Source: a bacterium (GTDB lineage Bacteria; Bacillota; Sulfobacillia; UBA995). From it: DNA of 64,000 nt. Positions 9,479-17,023 of the stretch are shown here, one piece after another. A program made the position numbers and the translations under genes. The notes beneath the pieces are model-generated. The model was given only the letters and a program-made list of their open reading frames with translations. It searched no databases and had not been told where the DNA came from. Every line of letters starts with the position of its first letter. The stretch's first letter is position 1. Where the stretch lies: the NCBI GenBank assembly GCA_031082145.1, contig JAVHLP010000008.1, forward strand, positions 8,818-72,817. Reading direction: 5' to 3'.

Positions 9479-10761
9479 GGGTGGGCTTGCTCCGCGGCGC
9501 GGAAGGCGAGATCTCGCTCTCCCGGTTGGCCTGCCGGCGGCTCGACTTCTCCCCCGGCTCTCCGGTGCGCCTGCGGGCAGGCGTGAAGACGACCGAAGCC
9601 CGGATCCGGGCCGGCGCCCGGCCGGGGCATATTTTGCTCGCCCCCGACGTCCGGCAGGCACTCGCGCTGCCGGTGGGTCTTCGCCTGAACCTCTGGCGGA
9701 ACCGGGAAGGCGTCCTGCGCCTGGGCCCGCTGGTAGCAGTCCTGACCTTCCGCGGCACCAGCGGGTGGCGCTGGGGGCCCCAGACCCCATTCGTCCTGGC
9801 GGTGACTAGGCGGGGCGGTTCCGCCGGGGTGGTGGCTTATCTTCTCATGCCAGGGCGGATCGACTGGGAGAACCTCACCGCGCGGGGTACCTACCGGCAG
9901 CGGGGCCGCTGGCGGGGGGCCGTTCTACCCCTGCCCGACGTGGTCTACGACCGCGTATCCAGTCGCCGTCACGAAGGCCTGCCGGAGGTGGCGGAGGCCC
10001 GGCGCCGGCTGGCCGAGGTCGTGCCGGCGGGTTATTTCCCCCCATCTTTCCTGGGCAAGCTCGAAGCCCATAACCTGCTTGCGAGCAGCCCCCGGTTGGC
10101 TCCCTACTTGCCGGCCACCGAGCCGTTCAGTGTCGATAACCTGGAACGGATGCTCAGCCAGTACCGGGTGGTCTACCTGAAGCCGGATGGCGGCAGCCTG
10201 GGACGAGGTATCATCCGGGTGCGGCGGTTGCCCGGCGGGCGGGTGGCCTTCCGCTTCGCCCGGAGAGGCGGGGGGAGGGCCCGGTCGCCCCAGGCCCTGG
10301 CCAACCGCTTGAAAACCCTCGGCCAGCGGCCTTACCTCATCCAACAAGGTGTCCCGGTGGCCACCTGTGGCGGCCGCGTCTACGATGTCCGGGTCTTGGC
10401 CCAGAAGAATAGCCAGGGGCGCTGGCGCGTCACCCGCCACTACGCCCGGGTCGCGCGCCGGGGAAGGGTGGTCTCCAATATCTCGCGAGGAGGGACCGGG
10501 CTGGGAACCTGGCGAGTAGTTCGAGACGCGGGCGCCCGGCAGACCATCCTGCAACTCGGCCAGGATGTCCCCCCGGCGCTGGAGGCGGCTCTGGGCCAAC
10601 CCCTGGGAGAACTGGGCGTCGACCTGGGAGTAACCCGGGATGGGCGGGTCTTCATCATCGAGGTTAACGCCAAGCCCTACCGCGAGACCTGGGGCTGGGG
10701 TTCCGGGCCGACCTTCCGCTATCCCCTGGCCTACGCCCGGCACCTGGCCCGGCAGACCTGA
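9466..10761 (+). CDS. YheC/YheD-family ATP-grasp protein (second copy)
   Basis: The ATG at 9466 follows a GGAGG and overlaps the previous stop by 13 nt. The same motif set is present (VYLKPDGGSLGRGI, VVSNISRGG, VFIIEVNAKP). Confidence 0.7.
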   Translation: MARLRVGLLRGAEGEISLSRLACRRLDFSPGSPVRLRAGVKTTEARIRAGARPGHILLAPDVRQALALPVGLRLNLWRNREGVLRLGPLVAVLTFRGTSGWRWGPQTPFVLAVTRRGGSAGVVAYLLMPGRIDWENLTARGTYRQRGRWRGAVLPLPDVVYDRVSSRRHEGLPEVAEARRRLAEVVPAGYFPPSFLGKLEAHNLLASSPRLAPYLPATEPFSVDNLERMLSQYRVVYLKPDGGSLGRGIIRVRRLPGGRVAFRFARRGGGRARSPQALANRLKTLGQRPYLIQQGVPVATCGGRVYDVRVLAQKNSQGRWRVTRHYARVARRGRVVSNISRGGTGLGTWRVVRDAGARQTILQLGQDVPPALEAALGQPLGELGVDLGVTRDGRVFIIEVNAKPYRETWGWGSGPTFRYPLAYARHLARQT

Positions 10762-10770
10762 GGGGGGACC

Positions 10771-12150
10771 ATGGGCAAGCTCTTCTTACATGCCGAAGAC
10801 GACCCGGGTGGCGAGGAACTCGCCGGCCGGCTCAGCCAGCTGGGCTTCGCCACCGGCACCCGGCCCGGAGACGCCCGGTGGGACGTCCTCGTACGCTGGG
10901 GCCACCTGGGAGGCGAGGACAACTACCCCCTGGTGCTGAACGAGCGCCAGGCTCTCGAGGACCTCTCCTCCCGTGTCCCGGCCTGCCTACGAGCAAACCG
11001 GGTGCGAGTCACTTCGGCGATGGGCGGGAGGGGCCGCTACCGGGTATTTGCCTGTAACCTCCGATCCCTGGCCGTGTACCGGCGCACGGCTCGGGGCTAT
11101 GCCCGGCTGCGCCGCCGGCTCGCGCGCATACGCCGCCGCGCCGTCCGGTCCCTGCACTTCCTGGGACTTGACTTCGGGGCCGTGGATCTTACCGCCGGGG
11201 GCTACGTCTGCGGCGTGGATCCCTCCCCCTCGCTTCCATCCGACCTGGCTGGCCCCTTTGCCCGGGCCCTGGCCGACATGGCGAACGAACTGGAGAAACT
11301 GGCCCAGGCTCGCCGGGCGGGTGACCACCGCCGGTCGGCCGTGCTGGGGGCCGACCCCGAGTTCATGCTGATCAGCCGGCGGACAGGGCGCATGGTCCCG
11401 GCCTCGATCTTCTTCCCACGTTTCGGCTTCGTGGGTTGCGACGAGCGGGCGGTCTGGACCCCTCGTATGCGCCGCGCCCTGGCCGAGATCCGGCCGCGGC
11501 CGCGGGCTGATCCGCGGGAACTGGCGGGAGCCATCCGGGATGGTCTTCGCCGGGCCCTGCGCCGGACCGCCCGGCGGCGGGTCATGGGAGTGGCGGGGAA
11601 CATGCCCGTCCGGGGGTTCCCAACCGGCGGCCACATTCACTTCTCCCGCTGCCGTCTGGGCAGCCGGTTCCTCCGAGCCCTGGACAACTACCTGGCGCTC
11701 TTACTCCTGATGGTGGAGAACGCGCATACCGCTCGCCGCCGGCGGCGCCGCTACGGTTACCTGGCCGATCTGCGGTCCAAGCGGCACGGCTTCGAGTACC
11801 GGACCCCCGGCAGCTGGCTGGTGTCCCAGGACGTTGCCAACGGGGCACTCTGCCTGGCCAAGGTGATCGCCGACGACCACGACTGCCTGAAGGCGGCTCC
11901 CTTGCGTGACCCCGCCCTGGTAAGGGCCTTCTACCAGTGCGACAAGGCAATCCTGGGCCGGGTTGTGCCCTCGCTGTGGCGGGACCTCACCCTGGCCCCC
12001 TCCTACCCCCTGTATCGCCAGGAACTGGAGACCTTCCGAACCCTTATCGAGAGCGGCTGGGAGTGGGGGGAGCGGAGCGACCTTCGCCGCACCTGGGGCC
12101 TGATGCCGGCCGCCTCCACCCGCTCCCGCCGCCGTCGTCGCCGTCGCTAG
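10771..12150 (+). CDS. amidoligase fusion: degenerate ATP-grasp C-lobe plus glutamine-synthetase/GCS2-like (Amidoligase_2-like) domain
   Basis: The N-terminal half has RimK-like C-lobe motifs (RYRVFACNLRSL...LHFLGLDFGAVDL) but no ATP-binding N-lobe. The C-terminal half has LGADPEFMLI (a GS/GCS2-type beta-strand) and GGHIHFS, which resembles the GQHVHVG motif of YbdK-type carboxylate-amine ligases. A paralog lies at 48282. Both domain assignments are from memory and need an HMM check. Confidence 0.5.
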   Translation: MGKLFLHAEDDPGGEELAGRLSQLGFATGTRPGDARWDVLVRWGHLGGEDNYPLVLNERQALEDLSSRVPACLRANRVRVTSAMGGRGRYRVFACNLRSLAVYRRTARGYARLRRRLARIRRRAVRSLHFLGLDFGAVDLTAGGYVCGVDPSPSLPSDLAGPFARALADMANELEKLAQARRAGDHRRSAVLGADPEFMLISRRTGRMVPASIFFPRFGFVGCDERAVWTPRMRRALAEIRPRPRADPRELAGAIRDGLRRALRRTARRRVMGVAGNMPVRGFPTGGHIHFSRCRLGSRFLRALDNYLALLLLMVENAHTARRRRRRYGYLADLRSKRHGFEYRTPGSWLVSQDVANGALCLAKVIADDHDCLKAAPLRDPALVRAFYQCDKAILGRVVPSLWRDLTLAPSYPLYRQELETFRTLIESGWEWGERSDLRRTWGLMPAASTRSRRRRRRR

Positions 12151-15100
12151 CGAAGCCCCGCGTGCCGCCCCAGCGAGTCGGCGGCCCGCAGGGCCCAGTT
12201 CACCCGCTCGGCAAGAGCCTCCTTGGCCGATACCTCCACCAGAAAAGCGTGGACGCCCAGGAACTCCCCGGCGGCCCGGGCCAGGCTCCCCCGCACCGGC
12301 GGGCGAAGCGCCGTCCAGCCGGCCAGAGGCTTGCTGGCCCAGCCGTTGAGATCGGTGACCATGGCGTTGGCGAGCTGGGCCGTACCCGTGTTGGCGTGGT
12401 AGATCACGGTCTGGCCGAACTCGCCCTTCCCCGCCTTGTAGTAGTCGGCTCCCTCGATGAATGTGATGAGATGGGTCACCTTGTGCCTCCCGAGACTCTG
12501 CCAGATAGCTGTGGCCAGGGCTTCGCTGGGAGTCTCCCCCTTGGCCTGCGGGAAGGCCCGGTTGAGGTCACCTTCGCCGGGGGCGGTACGGCTCCCGAGC
12601 TCTACCGCCAAGCGGTTGGCCTGGGGCAGCAGCAAGATGACCCCCTTGGCCGGTAGCTGAGCGGCTTCCAGTAGTGACCCGACAGCCGTAGGGCTCCATT
12701 TCTCATCCCCCCGGATGCCGCCGGCCAGCATCAGCACCGGACCCGGCTTGCCACTGTCCAGCCGGTAAAGCGGAGTGGCGTCCTTGGTCCCGGCGGCCAG
12801 CCATTCGACGGTGACTCCGGGGGGCAAAGACGGCGGAGGGGGAGCCGGGTAGGCGGGCGCGGCCATGCCCAGGGCAACCAGCAAGCCGTCCACCGCCCGG
12901 GCTCCCTGCTCGGCCCGGCCGGCCAAACTCTCTTTCCGGCAGAGTTCCACCAGGAAGGCGGGAATCCCCGCCACCTCCCCCGCGGCCCGCGCCAGGCTGG
13001 TCGGGACGGGATTGCGCAGGGTGGTGAAGCGGGGCAAGGACTTCTCGATGATCTGGTTGGCTGCGACGACCATGGCACCGGCCAGGGGTTCGGCCTTGGT
13101 TACGGGGAAGTAGATCAGAGTCTGGCCGAACTCACCGGTCCGGGCCAGGTAGTAGTCGTTCCCTTCCACAAAGCTGACCACGACGTCCGCCGCCCGGGCC
13201 AGGTCCCAGATGGCCCGGGCCAGGGCGGTGGAAGGAGTCTCGCCGGCCGCCCGGGGGAAAGCCCGGTTGAGGTCGGATCCCCCCGGCGCCGACCGGGTGC
13301 CGGCCGCCAGCGCCGGGCGGTTAGCCTCCGGCAGCACCAACAGCCGGCCCTTGCTTACCTCGCAGTCGGCAATCAGGCGGGCAGCTTCCACCCCGCCCGG
13401 CTCATCACCTCGTAAGCCGCCCACCACCAGCACGGTGGGGCCGGGCTGGCTCCCATTGTACACGTGGAGGGGGGTGGCCTGCGAAGTACCCGGTAGCAGG
13501 GTGTGGGTCTCCCGGGGAGACGGGCCTGAGCTCTTCGGCTTCATGCCCAACTGGACGAGAAGAGAGTCGGCGGCCCGCAGGGCCAGGTCAACCCGGGTCT
13601 CCACCGGCTCCCGGGAGCACAGATCCATCAGTATGGCCTGGGCCCCCAAGAAGTCCCCCGCCGCCCGGGCCAGGCTCCCCGGCGCCGGGTTCCGCAAGGT
13701 GGTGAAACGGGCCACCTCGGCCAGGATGACGGAGTTGAGGTCGGCCGCCATGCCGGCAGCCAGCCCGGCCACTCCGGACGGACCGGCATGGATCAGGGTG
13801 TGCCCGAAGTGTCCGGTCTTCCTCAGGTAGTAGTCGGGGTCTTCGGTGAAAGTGAGCACGTACTGGACCGCCTGGTCCTGCATGGCCCCCCAGATCGCCC
13901 CGGCCAGTTCGTCGGCCGGGCGTCCGGGCTCGCGGGGGAACAAGCGGTTCAGGTCTTCGCCACCGGGAAACGCCCGCTGACCCAGGTCCAGGGCCAGCCG
14001 GTTGGCTCCCGGCAGCACCAGCAGCCGTCCCTTGTCCACTCGCAGGTCACGAGTTGCCAGGGCGGCCAGCACGGTCGCCGGCGCGTCTCCCCGGAGCCCA
14101 CCGGCGATCATGACCGTGGGACCGGGCTGCCCGCTGTCCTGGATGTACAGGGGCGTCGCCAGAGGGGTCCCGGCCAGCAGAACCTGGCGGGTCATCCCCG
14201 GGCCAAGGTCGGGGGGTGGTGGCGGCAGGTAGACCCTTTCCCTCATACCCAGCCGGGCCAGCAGCGAGTCGACCGCCCGGGCCCCGTCGACGGCCCGGCC
14301 GTCCAGTGGCTCCCGGGCCGACAGCTCGATCAGGAAAGCCCGTATGCCGAGGAGTTCACCGGCGGCGCGGGCCAGGCTGGTCGGCACCGGGTTCAGCAGC
14401 ACACTGAAGGCCGCCAGGTTGCGGTCATAGCCCAGGTTCAGGTCAAGCGCCATCCCGTCGGCCAGCACGCTGGCCCCGGGGACGGGGTAGTAGATCACAG
14501 TCTGTCCGCACTCACCGGTCCGCGCCAGGTAGTAGTCGGCTCCCTCCACGAAGGTGACCAGGTGGTTCACCTGGTAGCGCCGGACAACCTGCCAGATGAC
14601 AGTCGCCAGGGCCCCTTCGGGCCGGTTGGCGGTAGTCCGGGGGAAAGCCCGGTTCAGGTCCGCCTCGCCGGGCGCGGTGTGGCTGGCAGCCGCGATGGCC
14701 TGGGGATTAGCCTCCGGCAACACCAGCAGCGTCCCCGAGGTGACCGCGAACTGCCGCACGAGTCCGGCCGCCGCCACCCCGCCGGGTTCGTTGCCCCGCA
14801 GGCCGCCGACCACCATCACCACGGGACCCTCCACCCCGCTATCGTAGGCGAAAAGGGTGGTCTGATCAGGGTGCTCCTCGAGCAGGGTGACCAGGTTCAA
14901 ACCCGGTCCCAGGTCGGGGAAATCGGCCCCCCAGTCATCGTCGTCGTCCCATGCGGGTGGGTCGTCACCGGGAGGAACAGACGTCGGCGGCCCTCCCGCG
15001 CCCGCCATGCCGAGCTCGCGGAGGTAGATCTCTACCATCTGTATCTGGTAGCCGATGCGGGTGGACAGGGCCAGCCGCTGCGATGTCTCGAAGATGGCGG

Positions 15101-15779
15101 AGTTCACGCCGAGATACGCCCCTGTGGCCCGGGCGATGCTGCCCGGCACCGGATAACTGATCAGGGTGAACTTGTGCAGGTTGACGCTTATGCCCTGGTT
15201 GATCTCGCGCACGGCCAAGCGACCCAGCTCGGTGTTCACCGTCCGGGGATAGTGAATGAGGGTCTGCCCCACTGAACTGGTCTTGGGGTTCTTGTAGAAG
15301 TCCGCGGCCTCGTGCAGGTCGAGGTACCAATCCACGTTGAACTCCTTGAAGACGTTCCAGATCTCGAGGGCGATGGGCCGGGTGGGATCGGTGTTGGCGC
15401 TCTGGGGGAACTGCCGGTTCAGATCGAAACCCAGGACCGGGCAGGTACGCTTCCGGGCGGCCACCGCCGGCCGGTTGGCCTCCGGGATGACGATGAAGGT
15501 CCCAGCCCTGATATCGCGGTCGACAAACGTCCAAGCTGCCCTCCAGCCCGCAGTCTCGTTGCCATGCACTCCCCCGGTGACCATGAAGACGGGGCCGGGG
15601 TCGGGGCCCCGGATGATGTACAGGGGGGTCTCGTAGCGGGTACCTTTGGCCAGGTACCTGATTTCTACCGTGCTCTCTGCCCGGGTCGGCGATGGCAGGC
15701 ACACGGACACCAGAGGAGCGAGTACCAGCAGGCAAACCAGTAACTGGCTTAGCCTGCGCCGGAGGATGGAGTTGGGCAC
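12147..15779 (-). CDS. secreted multi-domain M14 carboxypeptidase-like protein: five tandem domains, only the first with intact zinc ligands
   Basis: A signal peptide (MPNSILRRRLSQLLVCLLVLAPLVSVCLPSPTRA) follows a GTG start at 15779 after a GAGGTGGA RBS. Domain 1 has GGVHGNETAG, DLNRQFP and DLHEAAD (the M14 HxxE, N-R and His elements). Domains 2-5 have GGLRGNE, GGLRGDA, GGLRGDE or GGIRGDE, and FVEGADYY in place of the second His. Each domain carries its own DLNRAFP/DLNRLFP motif. Confidence 0.75.
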   Translation of the reverse strand: MPNSILRRRLSQLLVCLLVLAPLVSVCLPSPTRAESTVEIRYLAKGTRYETPLYIIRGPDPGPVFMVTGGVHGNETAGWRAAWTFVDRDIRAGTFIVIPEANRPAVAARKRTCPVLGFDLNRQFPQSANTDPTRPIALEIWNVFKEFNVDWYLDLHEAADFYKNPKTSSVGQTLIHYPRTVNTELGRLAVREINQGISVNLHKFTLISYPVPGSIARATGAYLGVNSAIFETSQRLALSTRIGYQIQMVEIYLRELGMAGAGGPPTSVPPGDDPPAWDDDDDWGADFPDLGPGLNLVTLLEEHPDQTTLFAYDSGVEGPVVMVVGGLRGNEPGGVAAAGLVRQFAVTSGTLLVLPEANPQAIAAASHTAPGEADLNRAFPRTTANRPEGALATVIWQVVRRYQVNHLVTFVEGADYYLARTGECGQTVIYYPVPGASVLADGMALDLNLGYDRNLAAFSVLLNPVPTSLARAAGELLGIRAFLIELSAREPLDGRAVDGARAVDSLLARLGMRERVYLPPPPPDLGPGMTRQVLLAGTPLATPLYIQDSGQPGPTVMIAGGLRGDAPATVLAALATRDLRVDKGRLLVLPGANRLALDLGQRAFPGGEDLNRLFPREPGRPADELAGAIWGAMQDQAVQYVLTFTEDPDYYLRKTGHFGHTLIHAGPSGVAGLAAGMAADLNSVILAEVARFTTLRNPAPGSLARAAGDFLGAQAILMDLCSREPVETRVDLALRAADSLLVQLGMKPKSSGPSPRETHTLLPGTSQATPLHVYNGSQPGPTVLVVGGLRGDEPGGVEAARLIADCEVSKGRLLVLPEANRPALAAGTRSAPGGSDLNRAFPRAAGETPSTALARAIWDLARAADVVVSFVEGNDYYLARTGEFGQTLIYFPVTKAEPLAGAMVVAANQIIEKSLPRFTTLRNPVPTSLARAAGEVAGIPAFLVELCRKESLAGRAEQGARAVDGLLVALGMAAPAYPAPPPPSLPPGVTVEWLAAGTKDATPLYRLDSGKPGPVLMLAGGIRGDEKWSPTAVGSLLEAAQLPAKGVILLLPQANRLAVELGSRTAPGEGDLNRAFPQAKGETPSEALATAIWQSLGRHKVTHLITFIEGADYYKAGKGEFGQTVIYHANTGTAQLANAMVTDLNGWASKPLAGWTALRPPVRGSLARAAGEFLGVHAFLVEVSAKEALAERVNWALRAADSLGRHAGLR

Positions 15780-15828
15780 GGGTCCACCTCTTTCTTCTCG
15801 CCCCAAGACAAGGCGTTATGAGGTCAAA

Positions 15829-15915
15829 CGCCCAGCTCGGGATGATTATGGTGGACCGCCCATTCGCCGGCAGGCTTGGCATCTCCTGCCTGCTCTAGCA
15901 GGTATTTTGTGGCAC
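15829..15915 (-). promoter_or_regulatory. conserved ~87-nt upstream element, copy 1 (before the 5-domain M14 gene)
   Basis: The shared core with the 16848-16935 copy is CGCCCAGCT.GGG...TGGTG.A.CGCCCATTCG.CGGCA.GGCTTGGCATCTCCTG.CT...CAGGTA. It lies 43-49 nt upstream of the start codons of both M14 genes and contains a small hairpin, CCTGC-TCTA-GCAGG. Confidence 0.35.
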
Positions 15916-15960
15916 TTATGGCAGCATAGCTGCGGATCCGCTTGCCAGAAGGGGTTGCAC

Positions 15961-15996
15961 CGACTCAAAGAAGAAGCCGCGCCTTAAGGGCGCGGC
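15961..15996 (-). terminator. rho-independent terminator after the single-domain M14 gene
   Basis: On the minus strand a stem (arms GCCGCGCC and GGCGCGGC, TTAA loop) is followed by TTCTTCTTT. Confidence 0.4.
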
Positions 15997-16024
15997 CGGA
16001 GAGGAAAAGGGCAGGTGCGGGGGG

Positions 16025-16804
16025 TTAGCGGCCCGACATGCCCAGTTCGCGCAAGAAGATCTCCACCACCTGCACCTGGTAGTTAATGCGGGTGGCCAGG
16101 GGCAGTTCGCGCGAGGTCTCCATGATGTAGGAGTTCACCCCGAGATAGTCGCCTGCGGCCCGGGCAATGCTGCCCGGAACCGGGTAGTTCAGCAGGGTGA
16201 ACTTGTGTAGCCGGCGGCTGATCCCCTGGTTCAGCTCCTGAACGGCCAGGTTGCCCATCCGGGTGGCGGTGGGGCCGGGGTAATGGATCAGGGTCTGGCC
16301 GATGGAATCCCGCTTCGGATCGTTGTAGAAGTACACCGCCTCGTGCAGGTCCACGAACCACTCGACCCGGTAGTCGGTGAACACGCTCCAGATCTCGCGG
16401 GCGATGAGGCGGGTGGGGCTGGCGTTAGGACGGGTGGGAAAAGCCCGGTTCAGATCAAAGCGTCCGTCCGGGCACAGTCGAGTCCGAGCTCCCACCGCCG
16501 GCCGGTTCGCCTCGGGAATGACGATGAAGGTGCCAGCCTGGATCTCGCGGTCAGCGAATCGCCCGGCCGCCATCCAGCCGGCGAGCTCGCTGCCGTGCAC
16601 TCCTCCGGTGATCAGGAACACGGGACCGGGGGCGAGGCCCCGGATGATGTACATGGGAGTCTCGTAGATGGAGCCAGCGGCCAGGTACCTGACTTCCACC
16701 GTGCTCCCCGCCCGAGCGGCCGACGGGACCGGCAGGAGCAGGGTCAACGCCAGCAGGGAGACCACCATCAGGCTGGCCCTGGGGCTGACTACTGGGCTGG
16801 ACAC
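16025..16804 (-). CDS. secreted single-domain M14 carboxypeptidase-like protein (intact HxxE and His)
   Basis: A GTG start after GGAGGTGGA gives the signal peptide MSSPVVSPRASLMVVSLLALTLLLPVPSAARA. The product has GGVHGSELAG, DLNRAFP and FVDLHEAVYFY, and is co-linear with domain 1 of the 5-domain protein. Confidence 0.75.
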   Translation of the reverse strand: MSSPVVSPRASLMVVSLLALTLLLPVPSAARAGSTVEVRYLAAGSIYETPMYIIRGLAPGPVFLITGGVHGSELAGWMAAGRFADREIQAGTFIVIPEANRPAVGARTRLCPDGRFDLNRAFPTRPNASPTRLIAREIWSVFTDYRVEWFVDLHEAVYFYNDPKRDSIGQTLIHYPGPTATRMGNLAVQELNQGISRRLHKFTLLNYPVPGSIARAAGDYLGVNSYIMETSRELPLATRINYQVQVVEIFLRELGMSGR

Positions 16805-16847
16805 AAATCCACCTCCGCCTCGACTCGCCCCCGGCGGGCGTACATAC

Positions 16848-16935
16848 GCCCAGCTTGGGGCTGTTTTGGTGAATCGCCCATTCGGCGGCAAGGCTGGCAT
16901 CTCCTGTCTCCGAAGGCAGGTAGATTATGCAAGAC
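16848..16935 (-). promoter_or_regulatory. conserved ~87-nt upstream element, copy 2 (before the single-domain M14 gene)
   Basis: See copy 1. The copies are about 75% identical over ~87 nt, while the flanking non-coding sequence is unrelated. Confidence 0.35.
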
Positions 16936-17023
16936 AGCTAGGCATCGCCGTATGCGGAACCCGGGCAAGGGAAACCGCGGGCGAGCGCAGAAGCGAGACT
17001 GGCTCCTGGAGGCGGGTGAACCC

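Noticed and set aside
12147-15779. Five-fold internal repetition, considered as a possible DNA repeat array or CRISPR-like structure
   Set aside because: The repeats are ~700-nt diverged protein-domain duplications in one continuous ORF, not short identical DNA repeats with spacers. No CRISPR array exists anywhere in the window.
13788-15882. 495-aa plus-strand and 305-aa minus-strand ORFs overlapping the M14 gene
   Set aside because: These are alternative frames or antisense sequence of the 5-domain M14 gene, with no family signal and low-complexity translations.
15830-15915. Match of the conserved M14 upstream element to a known riboswitch class (c-di-GMP-I, ZTP, glycine, T-box considered)
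   Set aside because: No class consensus fits. I keep it as an unclassified conserved element.
16283-17023. N-terminal 247 aa of the listed 749-aa ORF
   Set aside because: This part is antisense to the single-domain M14 gene and its conserved leader. The FGGY kinase begins at the ATG at 17024, which has a GGAGG RBS.
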